DNA of 64,000 nucleotides from Candidatus Latescibacterota bacterium (lineage in GTDB: Bacteria > Latescibacterota > UBA2968 > UBA8231), in the NCBI GenBank assembly GCA_965200315.1, contig OZ241362.1, positions 5,216,001 to 5,280,000 of the forward strand. The letters are read 5' to 3'. Of the stretch, positions 18,917 to 28,800 are shown piece by piece. Position 1 is the stretch's first letter. Each line of letters opens with the position of its first letter. The notes under the pieces were generated by a model, which had not been told where the DNA came from, made no database searches, and saw only the letters and a program-made list of their open reading frames with translations. Both the position numbers and the translations under genes were made by a program.

Positions 18917-20461
18917 ATGCAGCGGCTCTGCGGGCTAGAAACCGAGTACGGCATCCAGGTTGATGAGGACGAGTCCATGGACGTGGTGGTAGAGTCCATG
19001 GAGTTGATTCGCTGCTATGTGCGTCAAGATTTTGTCACGCTGTGGAATTACGCGCTCGAAAACCCGCGGCTCGACATGCGCGGCTTTGAGGTCACCGAGC
19101 TACTCAACGACAAAGATGAGACCGTCCACTTGCAGAAGGATCGCCAGCGCCCGATCCAGCTAGCGGACCTCAAAAGCGACTTGATCGTCCACAACGGTGC
19201 CCGCCTGTACAACGACCACACCCACCCGGAATTTTCTACTCCAGAGTGCTATAGTCTCCGCGACTTAGTCGCTGTCGATCGCGCTGGCGAGCGGATTCTT
19301 CTCCAGTGTGCGCGCCAGCGCACCGAGGACCGCCGCCGCGGTGTGGTGCGCTTGTACAAAAACAACACTGACTTTGAGGGGCATAGCTATGGCTGCCACG
19401 AGAATTTCCTGCTCAGCCGCGACATGCCCTTCCAGCAGGTGATTGACGGGCTGCTGCCCTTTGTGGTGACGCGGCAAATTTTTGCCGGGGCTGGCAAAGT
19501 CGGCGTCGAACAGGACGCCCGGGCGCGGGCCGCCACCTACCAACTAAGCCAGCGCGCGGACTTTTTCGAGGTCATCGCCAGCGTCGATACCATGCACCGC
19601 CGTCCATTGGTCAACACCCGCGACGAGCCACATGCCGATCCTGCGCACTACCGCCGCCTGCATCTGATCATCGGCGATGCCAACATGTGCGAATACGCTA
19701 CCGCGCTCAAGGTCGGCACGTCTTCCTTGGTGCTGGATTTGCTAGAAGCTGGTACATTGCCCGCGTTTACCTTGGCCGATCCCATTGGTGCGCTCAAGGT
19801 CATTTCCCGCGACGAATCACAGCAGTGGCCAGTGGCTTTAGTCGGGGGAGGATCGAGTTCGGCGCTGGAGATCCAAACAGCCATTATGGCGGCGGCGACG
19901 CGGGCTTTTCAGGGCCGCGACGAGGAGACCGATTGGGTGCTTACGGCTTGGCGCGATGTGTTGGACTCACTTGCGCGCAATCCGCAGGAGCTGATCGGAC
20001 GCCTTGATTGGGTGACCAAAAAGTGGCTTTTGGATGCGTTTGCCGAGTCCGAGGGCCTCGATTGGGAACGGCCGGAGGACCGCACGTGGCTGCAAAGCCA
20101 AGACCTCGAATACCACAACATCGACCCGGCAGAGGGATTGTTCTTGCTGCTTGAAGCCGCAGGCGAGGTAGAGCGCGTCGTCTCCGAGGAGGCGGTGTGT
20201 CGGGCGTTGGTTGAGCCGCCCGGGGACACGCGGGCCTATTTTCGCGGCAAGATGTTGCAGAAGTTTGCCGCGTCGGTGCGCTCGCTCAACTGGGACAGCA
20301 TTGCGCTAACCATCGGCGGTCGCTCTGAGGTCATTGACCTCAAGGCTTGTGTCAGCCGGGAGGTAGCGACTTATTATAATCAAGCCTTAGACGCGGCGAC
20401 GAGCGTTGAGGATTTGCTCGCCAGACTGGGTAGAAAACCAAAACCGGAGGTGGCACCATGA
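18917..20461 (+). CDS. dop: Dop-like deamidase/deconjugase (PafA/Dop family)
   Basis: GLETEYGI, NGARLYNDHTHPEFSTPEC (Dop-type DHxHPE), KNNTD..G.SYGCHENF, RPLVNTRDEPHAD. Confidence 0.85.
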   Translation: MQRLCGLETEYGIQVDEDESMDVVVESMELIRCYVRQDFVTLWNYALENPRLDMRGFEVTELLNDKDETVHLQKDRQRPIQLADLKSDLIVHNGARLYNDHTHPEFSTPECYSLRDLVAVDRAGERILLQCARQRTEDRRRGVVRLYKNNTDFEGHSYGCHENFLLSRDMPFQQVIDGLLPFVVTRQIFAGAGKVGVEQDARARAATYQLSQRADFFEVIASVDTMHRRPLVNTRDEPHADPAHYRRLHLIIGDANMCEYATALKVGTSSLVLDLLEAGTLPAFTLADPIGALKVISRDESQQWPVALVGGGSSSALEIQTAIMAAATRAFQGRDEETDWVLTAWRDVLDSLARNPQELIGRLDWVTKKWLLDAFAESEGLDWERPEDRTWLQSQDLEYHNIDPAEGLFLLLEAAGEVERVVSEEAVCRALVEPPGDTRAYFRGKMLQKFAASVRSLNWDSIALTIGGRSEVIDLKACVSREVATYYNQALDAATSVEDLLARLGRKPKPEVAP

Positions 20462-20649
20462 GCGATTTTATTTCCTACCGGGAGCGCACGCCCCGGCCGA
20501 CCAAGCCGCTTGACGACAACGACGACGGACCAGATACCGGTCCGCGCCGGCCGCGGGTCGAGCGTCCTAGCACGGACGATATCCTCAAGCGGATGCGCCG
20601 CGTAGATCCCAATCAGGCCCGTCGCTATCGCCAGCGCACCGGACAGTAA
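20458..20649 (+). CDS. ubact: Ubiquitin-like modifier UBact (Pup analogue)
   Basis: 63 aa, acidic/Pro-rich, C-terminus LKRMRRVDPNQARRYRQRTGQ (UBact R[ST]G[EQ]); RBS GGAGG; ATGA overlap with dop; lies between dop and prcB. Confidence 0.92.
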   Translation: MSDFISYRERTPRPTKPLDDNDDGPDTGPRRPRVERPSTDDILKRMRRVDPNQARRYRQRTGQ

Positions 20650-21414
20650 TTGCCGATGGAAAGCTGCAACTTCCTCGACTTGCTCAAGGAGCGGGGGCTC
20701 TTGCCCGTTGCCCCCGTTGCTACTGCGGAAGCGTCCTTGCAGCCGGTCGAGGGTACCACGATTGTAGCGGTGCGCTGCGCCGACGGGGTGGTGGTGGCTG
20801 GCGACCGCCGCGCCACCATGGGCAACTCAGTGGTGTACGACCGCGCCGACAAAGTGCTGATCATCGACGACGAAGCAGTCATGGCCATTGCTGGCTCGCC
20901 GGCCGTGGCGTGGGACATTGCGCGGATGCTGGAAATGTCGGTGCAGTACTACCGCCGCAGCCAGCTACAAGAGCTGAGCTTGGACGGCAAGGTGCGGACT
21001 TTGTCGCGGCTGTTGCGCCAGAACTTGCCGCTGGCCATGCAGGGGATTGGCGCAGTGGTCCCGATTTTCGCGGCCTTTGATCGCACGGCTGCAGAGGGCA
21101 AAATTTTCTTTTACGACCTTTTGGGGGCTGAGTTCGAGTGTGTGGATTTCTGCGCCACTGGGTCGGGGGCACACATTGTACGCGGTGCGCTGTACTATCA
21201 AAACCGCTGGGGGCCGCAGCCGTTGCGGGAAATGGCCGGGGAGCAGGCGGTTGAGCTGGTGCTCAAGATGCTGGAGACAGCCGCTGAATACGACACGGCT
21301 ACTGGCGGTTTCCGCGAGGCCGCGCACATCTTTCCCCAGGTCGTGCAGGTGACGGCTGCGGGTTTGAGCGCTGTGCCCGAAGCGGATTTGGCCGCGCTCT
21401 ACTCAAGGGCTTGA
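20650..21414 (+). CDS. prcB: 20S proteasome beta subunit
   Basis: Propeptide then G|TTIVA (Thr1), GDRRATMG, ATGSG. Start may be ATG 20656. Confidence 0.93.
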   Translation: MPMESCNFLDLLKERGLLPVAPVATAEASLQPVEGTTIVAVRCADGVVVAGDRRATMGNSVVYDRADKVLIIDDEAVMAIAGSPAVAWDIARMLEMSVQYYRRSQLQELSLDGKVRTLSRLLRQNLPLAMQGIGAVVPIFAAFDRTAAEGKIFFYDLLGAEFECVDFCATGSGAHIVRGALYYQNRWGPQPLREMAGEQAVELVLKMLETAAEYDTATGGFREAAHIFPQVVQVTAAGLSAVPEADLAALYSRA

Positions 21415-21419
21415 GGAGC

Positions 21420-22181
21420 ATGTTAGAAGAACCTTATCGCTGGGTCGAGGCCATCAATAACCGCCGCGAGTACGTGGAAGACCAACTCGCGAGCGGCAGT
21501 CCGGTAGTAGGCGCGACGTACGCCGATGGGCTACTGCTGCTGACAGCTACGCCAGGCCCGCGCAAGCTCTTTGAGGTGTACGACGAGATCGCCTTTGCGG
21601 CCGTAGGGCATCCAGCCGACATCGAGAAGCTCCGCAAAGCCGTCATCGACATCGCCCATATCGAGGGATTCAACTTGTCGGCCAACGATGTGACTTTACA
21701 GCGGTTGGTCAGCTTTGGCATCGGTCCGCTGATGAAGGCGGCTTTCGACGAGCTGTTTCGCTCGCCCTTTGTCGCCCGCGTGCTGATGGCCGAGCTAGAC
21801 CCGGATGGCGGTGGAGATGCTTTTTTTACCATCGACGCCGATGGGTCTTTTGCCCAAAGTGGTGGGGTGGCGACCATCAGCGGCAACGCAGAGAGCGCAC
21901 AGGCTATGAGGGCCCAACTGCAAGAAACTAGTCCAGAGCTTCCCCTCGACCAAGCCTTGTGTGCGGCGTTGGAGGTGTGGGGGTTGGGCCGGTTGATCCT
22001 CGACACTCGAGATGGAGAGCTGCCCAGCGCAGAGGCTGTGCGCGATTTTCTCAAGGGCGGCTTGCAAGGGCTGACAGTCGAAGCCGCAGTGCTCGACCGC
22101 GGCCGCGCCGCCAAGTCGAAGTTCCGCCTGCTCACCGCGCAACAACTAGCCGAGCCACTCGCTTCCTACTTCGAGAGCTAG
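21420..22181 (+). CDS. prcA: 20S proteasome alpha subunit
   Basis: GSPVVG, RKLFEVYDEIAFAAVG, VEAAVLDR...KFR; ATG at 21420 after GAGGAG. Confidence 0.9.
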   Translation: MLEEPYRWVEAINNRREYVEDQLASGSPVVGATYADGLLLLTATPGPRKLFEVYDEIAFAAVGHPADIEKLRKAVIDIAHIEGFNLSANDVTLQRLVSFGIGPLMKAAFDELFRSPFVARVLMAELDPDGGGDAFFTIDADGSFAQSGGVATISGNAESAQAMRAQLQETSPELPLDQALCAALEVWGLGRLILDTRDGELPSAEAVRDFLKGGLQGLTVEAAVLDRGRAAKSKFRLLTAQQLAEPLASYFES

Positions 22182-22182
22182 T

Positions 22183-23610
22183 ATGGAAGGTCGCATCTAC
22201 GGGCTGGAAACAGAGTACGGTTGTCTGCCGCCGGCTTCGGATCCCTTTTTGAGTCCCGATTTCGTGTCGATAAAGGCCAAGGACTGCGTGTTCTACCGCG
22301 AGGGTTTGGGCATCGTCGATATGCACTATCGGGGCCGCGATGAGCCGCCCGGCAACGGCGGCTTTCTCTTCAACGGCGGGCGCGTGTACATCGACATGGG
22401 CCACGTCGAATACGCCACTCCGGAATGCACCGGACTTTTTGATTTGGTGGCTGCCGATCGGGCCGGTGAGCGGTTGGTGCAGCGCGCGCTAGATCAGCTT
22501 GGCTTGGCTGATAGCGCGGCCTTTTTCAAGAACAATATCGACCACTACACAGGGGCTACGTTTGGCTGCCACGAAAACTACCTCGTGCGGCGAGAGGTGC
22601 CGTTTTCGCAAGTGTTGCTGCCGACTATGCTGCCCTTTTTCGTCACCCGCCAGATATTCGCCGGTGCTGGCCGCGTGGGTTGCCACACGGATATTTTCGA
22701 GTACGGCAATGCCGAGGACGAAGGCATTGGATTCCAACTGTCGCAGCGGGCCGACCACATAGTCACCGAGATCTACCAGTGGATTCAGTTCAGTCGCGCA
22801 ATCATCAACACGCGCGACGAGCCGCTGGCCGACTGGGGGCTGTACCGCCGCTTGCACCTTTTGGTAGGCGATTCAAATATGATGGAGTACGCCACTGCCC
22901 TGAAGGTGGGTACCACGGCCTTGGTGTTGCAGCTTTTAGAAGAGCAAGAGCGCATAATCTGCGACGACATCAGGCTCCTCGACCCGGTGCAAGCTATCCG
23001 CGACATTTCGCGCGACATGACCTATCGCTGGGAAGTGCAGCTAGAGGACGGTCGCTACACCACGGCTACGGAGATTCAGCGTGCGTATCTCGACTTGGCT
23101 GAGCGCCATCTGCGCGGCCAGGACGAAGAGGGCGACTGGGTGTTGGACGAGTGGCGCTTTGTCATCGACGCCTTAGAGCACGATCCTCAGTGCTTGGTTG
23201 ATCGCGTTGATTGGGTAGCCAAGAAGTGGCTGTTGGAGTACTTCATGCGGGAAGAAGGGTTGGACTGGCAGGATACTTGGATCCAAAGTTTGGATTTGGA
23301 ATACCACAATCTCAATGTGGCGCGGAGCCTCTATTTTGATCTGTACGAGCGCGGGATGGTCAAGCGAGTCGTCAGCGAAGAGCAGATCAACCAAGCCATT
23401 ACGCATCCTCCGGTCGATACGCGTGCCAGTGCCCGTTCTCGCGTGATGAGGGCGCTGACCGACCAGAAGACGCGCTACCAAATCGATTGGGATTCCATCT
23501 GCGTGGGCGACGATAAATTCCTCAGCCTCGACGACCCCTTTCTCACCTATGGCCGCGAAGCCGAAGTCTTCATCCGCGAATGTCGGCAGATGCCGGGTGC
23601 CCAGCTTTGA
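22183..23610 (+). CDS. pafA: PafA-like modifier ligase
   Basis: RIYGLETEYG, NGGRVYIDMGHVEYATPEC (PafA-type), GCHENYL, RAIINTRDEP, RRLHLLVGDSN. Confidence 0.85.
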   Translation: MEGRIYGLETEYGCLPPASDPFLSPDFVSIKAKDCVFYREGLGIVDMHYRGRDEPPGNGGFLFNGGRVYIDMGHVEYATPECTGLFDLVAADRAGERLVQRALDQLGLADSAAFFKNNIDHYTGATFGCHENYLVRREVPFSQVLLPTMLPFFVTRQIFAGAGRVGCHTDIFEYGNAEDEGIGFQLSQRADHIVTEIYQWIQFSRAIINTRDEPLADWGLYRRLHLLVGDSNMMEYATALKVGTTALVLQLLEEQERIICDDIRLLDPVQAIRDISRDMTYRWEVQLEDGRYTTATEIQRAYLDLAERHLRGQDEEGDWVLDEWRFVIDALEHDPQCLVDRVDWVAKKWLLEYFMREEGLDWQDTWIQSLDLEYHNLNVARSLYFDLYERGMVKRVVSEEQINQAITHPPVDTRASARSRVMRALTDQKTRYQIDWDSICVGDDKFLSLDDPFLTYGREAEVFIRECRQMPGAQL

Positions 23611-23694
23611 TGTATGCCGCTGGGCCGGCAAGTCTCAAGAGATTGTCATACGTTAGCTATAGAGCATTCCTCTATGGGGACCTCCTCGATTGGC

Positions 23695-24120
23695 TTCATT
23701 AGAAGATCGCACTTCTACAGTTAGCCAGTCGCGTCGTGGCGTAGCATATACCGACTGACAGGTTTTGAGTTAGTTGAGTTTTTGCGGGAAAGGTTGGTGT
23801 TGTTAAGAGTGCTTATGTCTGCTAGTGGCTCTATTTACCTGCACATCGACTACAAAATTGGTCCCTACATCAAAGTGATGATGGATGAAGTATTTGGCAT
23901 CGCTAATCCCAAGAATTTTAAGCGGATTGGATATGGCAACTTAAAAGACACGATTCTGTTTTTATCGCAAAACATCGCATCTTACATGGAATGAACCAAA
24001 AGAAAAGTACTCGACACAAATCTAGAGGGGCTGTTTCCAAAAATAGACCAACGAGGAAGGCGTTATACTAAGGTGCCGATTCACGCGCCGGGAGAAACTC
24101 AACGCGGAAAACCTAGATAG
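23695..24120 (+). pseudogene. Decayed site-specific (N6A/N4C) DNA methyltransferase fragment
   Basis: EFLRERLVLLR...GSIYLHIDYKIGPYIKVMMDEVFG...YGNLKDTILF, then frameshifted WNEPKEK / GRRYTKVPIHAPGET. No start and several frame changes. Confidence 0.7.
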
Positions 24121-24146
24121 GGAGTCATGTCAAGGTTTGGTATTAA

Positions 24147-24242
24147 GAGGCCCTAACAAAACTGGATTCCCGCCTACGCGAGAACGACATGGGCGGGATA
24201 CTCGCGTTGTGAGTAGCACTCAGCGGGTTTTGTTAGGGCCTC
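24147..24242. mobile_element. MITE-like element (IS5/Harbinger-type ends)
   Basis: Perfect 16-bp terminal inverted repeats GAGGCCCTAACAAAAC / GTTTTGTTAGGGCCTC, flanked by TAA on both sides; 96 bp, non-coding. Confidence 0.7.
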
Positions 24243-24275
24243 TAAGAATGTTTAACCGTTGTAGGAGAACAACGC

Positions 24276-25011
24276 ATGAGTACTGTTAGTTGCTTCGACG
24301 CATTACGAAAAGCGTTATGTGCCGATTTGGATTTTCATGGTACAGACGGCAAGTATGCCTCGCATGGTTGGCATCCGTTTCCCGCCAAGTTTCCGCAGTG
24401 GCCGATTGAATTTCCAAACAACAGGTACGCCTTTTCAAATTCGAGCGGCTAGCGCGGATAAAACCGGCTTGGCAACTGAGAGCGTTGATCTGATTGTAAC
24501 GTCGCCTCCTTATGCCAACAATGCGATTGACTATATGCGAGCACACAAGTTTTCGCTGGTGTGGTTTGGCTGGAAAATAGCCAATCTCACCAAGATTCGC
24601 GCCCAGTACTTGGGACACGATGTCGCATCCGACGAGAAATACGATTGTTTGCCTGATCAATGCGAAAAAACGCTGGTAAGGCTGGCCAAACTCGACGCGA
24701 AAAAAGCGGGGGCTTTGCGCCGGTATTTCGGCGAAATGCAAGCTGTGATTGCAGAGATGCAGCGGGTTTTAAAAAAAGGTAAGGCAGCCGTAACTGTCGT
24801 CGGTACCTCGCATCTGCGCGGCATGGATGTTGAGACACAAAAGGGGCTAGCCTCCATTGGTGAAAGCGTTGGTTTTGACTTGGCCGGAATCGGCGTCCGC
24901 CGTTTAGATCGCGACAAGCGCATGATGCCAGCGCGCTGGGGTACTAAACGACACTCGCAGATTGAACAGCGGATGTACGAAGAGTACGTCATTGGATTGG
25001 TAAAGCCATAA
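24276..25011 (+). pseudogene. N4-cytosine-type DNA methyltransferase, internally deleted and frameshifted
   Basis: RBS AGGAGA, ATG 24276 MSTVS...HGWHPFPAKFP, then in another frame VDLIVTSPPY...EMQRVLKKG. The SAM-binding DPFxGxG region is missing. Confidence 0.75.
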
Positions 25012-25848
25012 TGTTGGGTAGGGTCGAACAACTGCGACGTGCATACCATTGCCAGATTTGCGATAAGATATTGCGCAAAAACGAATCTGATGTTCCCAAC
25101 AATGCCGATAGTGGAAGTGCGGCCAGCGTCAGAATAGGCAAGAGAATTATTGACAGTATCGGGTTTCCGGTAAAGACTGAAAGACTAGCCGGACAAACAG
25201 CGGGCCACCGATTCGAGACGGCAACCAAGGATTTTCTGCGCGACGCATTCGGATTGCTAGCTCATCTGCGTCCAGGCGAATGGGAATTTTCGCTAGGCGG
25301 TAATATAGGTGATTACGAGCAATACCAGCATTTATCCGATGTGTCGCGGGTAGTCGAAGAGCCCGAGGAACTGCGAATTGTTTTAGGAGATTACATCGTT
25401 ACGCCTGATATTGTCGTTTGCCGGAAGCCAGTCAACGACGAGACGATCAATGAAAACGATGTGTTGTTAGGCGAGGGCGAAACAGCTAGGCATACGCCTT
25501 TGCGGCGTGCGAATTCGCCAGCGGATATTTTGCATGCCAGTGTTTCGTGCAAATGGACGATTCGCAGCGACCGCTCGCAAAACGCACGGACGGAAGGATT
25601 TGAATTTGGTACGTAACCGCAAGGGCCGGACTCCGCATATTGTCGTCGTTGTTGGTGAACCATTGCCAAGTAGAATCGCGTCGCTGGCCTATGGCACTGG
25701 AGACATAGATTGCATCTACCATTTTGCGTTACGCGAATTGATAGAAGCCGCTGCGGATAGCGATTCGGACTCTGATCTATTGAATACGCTAGTGTCCGGC
25801 CGGCGCTTGCGCGACGCCAGTGATCTGCCGTTTGATTTGGCGATTTGA
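25011..25848 (+). pseudogene. NgoMIV-family type II restriction endonuclease, frameshifted
   Basis: GQTAG..FE, PDIVV, LHASVSCKWTIRSDRSQNARTE, then a +1 shift near 25598 to LNLVRNRKGRTPHIVVV.GEPLPSRIASLA.GTGDIDC.YH...DLPFDLAI. Confidence 0.85.
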
Positions 25849-25857
25849 GCATCCTTC

Positions 25858-28800
25858 ATGCTGCGGCGATGGTTTCTGTTCTTCTTCCTGTTTGCACCGT
25901 ACCCGTCCTCGGCGGCCCAGTTTGCCTGCGCGGCGTTGGAGTCGTCGGCACAGCAGGTTGTGCATACGCCAGAGCACCTGAGTGCATTAGTTATCTTCGC
26001 GCAGTTCCAAGATGAGGGTGCCCCTACCACTGCGCCCTCGTGGGCAAACGGCCTTTTCGACGCTGAGTTGCCCGGCAGTTTTGCCCATTTCTACCGCGAT
26101 ATGTCGGGCGGACGGATTCACGTCGATGGTCAGGTACTGCCGCGGCGCTATCAATCGCGCACGGCTGCAGATACCTACTTGGCTGATGCTCTAGGGGCTA
26201 GGGGCCAGTTTGGCCGTTTCAATCTGGAGATTCTCACCGCAGCCGACGCGGACGCCGATTTCGGTCTCTTTGACAACGACGGTCCCGACGGAGTGCCCAA
26301 CTCTGGCGACGACGACGGGTACGTCGATATCGTCTTTATCAACCTACATACTACTCCCCGCGATTTCTTTATCGGCGCGGCCACTGGCATCGCTAGTCTG
26401 GGGCTAGACACCGATTACATTAGCGGCGATCCGGCGGCCGGCGGCGGCTTTGTGCGGGTGCGGAGTCGCTTCACGGGTTTCGGCGGCACCACGCAGCGGG
26501 GCCACACCTTCAGCATTACGGCCGCGACAATGTGCCACGAGTTCGCTCATGTGTTGGGATTGCCTGATCTTTTCGATCAGACGGCGTTGACCGTGGCCGA
26601 GTTGGCCCCGGAGGAAGATTCTGCGGGCATTGGCAATTGGGGGATCATGGGCTGGGGGACGCTCGGTTGGGGCGTGGAAGATGGCCCGAATGCCTTTTCG
26701 GCGTGGTCGCTAGCCACTCTCGGTTGGGTAGAGGTGGTAGAGGTGGAAGGGAGCGTCTCAGGGCTGGAGATTGGGGAGATCTTCGGCGACCGCAAGGCGT
26801 ACAAAATTTCCCTGACCCAAGACGAGTACTTTCTGCTGGAACACCGGCGCGCCGATGGCTCGTACTACAACCGCAATATCCCGCAAGATGGCCTGCTTAT
26901 ATGGCACATAGACGAGCAGGCCGACAACGACGAAGAGCGCCACAAACAGGTCGATTTAGTATGCGCCGATGGGCTTTTTGCCGACCGGGGCTTTCCCAAC
27001 GGCAACCCCGATGCCGTGGAAGGACGGGACAATCTCGACTTTTGGGCGCGGGACGCAGCGTATTCTTCAGCTCACAATGGCAACAAAGGCGACGCGACCG
27101 ACCCTTTTGACGGCGTGCGCTTCCGCCGCTTTGCTTGGGACACAAATCCGGCCTTCAGCGGGCACACGGGCTTTGGGCGGAACTTGCCGTTGAGCGTGGC
27201 CATAGACAACATCCGCCCACAAGGTGCCGCGATGGTCGTCGATGTGGTGCGGCAGCAACGCACTGGCCACATTGTCGGCGATACAACGTGGACGGGTCGG
27301 GTGGATTTGGATGGGGACGTGGTCGTGATGCCGGGTGCCGCGCTGACCATTGACGCGGGTGCGGAGATCCGCTTTGCTCGCGGCGATGTGCAGGGCACGG
27401 GATTTGATCCAGACCGCAGCGAGTTGATCGTCTATGGCGAGCTCAAAATCGGCGAGGGCGCATCGTTTGCGTCGAGTGCGACGCGCTCCGGCCCCTTGGA
27501 TTGGTCGGGCATTTACCTGCTCGATGGCCAAGGGGTTGATCCTGCGGCCATTGCCATTGAGCACGCCCATCGCGGGGTCGTTGGTTTCCGCCTGCCGCCG
27601 GGGCGGACTCAGTGGCTGGACGAGCAGGCCGTGTACGGGGATTTGGTGGTGCCGGTTGGGTCCGAACTGCACATCGGCCCGAGCAGCGTGTCTTTTGCCC
27701 GCTCTGATCTCAGTCGGAGCGGCATGTCCCCGGACTTCGCCGAGCTGATCGTGGAAGGCGCGTTGACGATTGAGGGGATGGCCGGCCAGCGGGCGCAGCT
27801 AACCACTGATCCCGGCCCGGACAACGACGGCCTGTGGTATGGCGTCCGCGTGCTGCCGGGTGCCCAAGTCGAGGTGCAACACGCCGAGCTGAGGCGCACG
27901 GCTTTTGCCTTTAGTGGCGAGATTAACGGGAAGACGAGCCTACGCATTGTCGATTCCGCGGTGCGCGAAAGCGGTGGCAACGGCCTACGGCTGGCGCTCA
28001 ATGGCCAAGCACAGGTAGATCGGACTGAATTTACCTTCATTGCCGGCCCGGCCGTGCTCGTGGCCGGTAGCGGGCAACTCGCGTTGCGCAACGTCACCAT
28101 TGAGGGCAACGGCCAAGAGGGGCTCCTGCTCAACAACGCATCCTTAGAGGCTATCCGCGTCGCTGTAATAGACAATGGCCGCCTCGACTCGGACGACCCG
28201 CGGGCTGGGGTGCGGGCCATAGGGGGCCGCGGCCAGCGCATTGAGATGTGGGAGTCGCAGATTGAGCAAAACACCGGGCATGGCATGGATTTGACAGAGT
28301 GGTTAGGGGAGGTGGAATTGCACAACAGCCGCCTCGTCGCCAACCAAGGCGATGGTTTGCGCGCCGAGCGTGCGGCGCGCTTGGTACTTGCACAGGTGCT
28401 AGTCGAGCGCAATTTGCGTACTGGGGCCGAAATCGCCGGGTCGCTGGTGGAGATATGGAACTCGACGTTTAGGGCGCATGTTGCCGCGGGGTTGCGCTTG
28501 GGGCCGGGGACGAGAGGGGCAATTGAGATGGGCGCGTTTGTTGGGGGCCGAGGTTTGGAGCTAACCGGTGTGGAGTCGCTGGAGATTCGCGCCAGCGAGT
28601 TTGTCCGCGGGACGCCGGCCATTCAATCCGTGAATTCTGCACCGCATATCGTCGGCAACCGCTTTGCGGACAATGCCGGGGCCATCCGGGTCGCAGGGCC
28701 GCGGATGCCGACGGCGATTCGCGGCAACACCTTTGCCAACAATACTAAGGCCATTGAGAATTTGAGCGCCGAGGAGTTGAACGCCCAAGACAATTACTGG

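Noticed and set aside
20458-20649. Calling the small modifier Pup
   Set aside because: It lacks the Pup GG[EQ] terminus and the Pup helical consensus; it matches the UBact R[ST]G[EQ] pattern.
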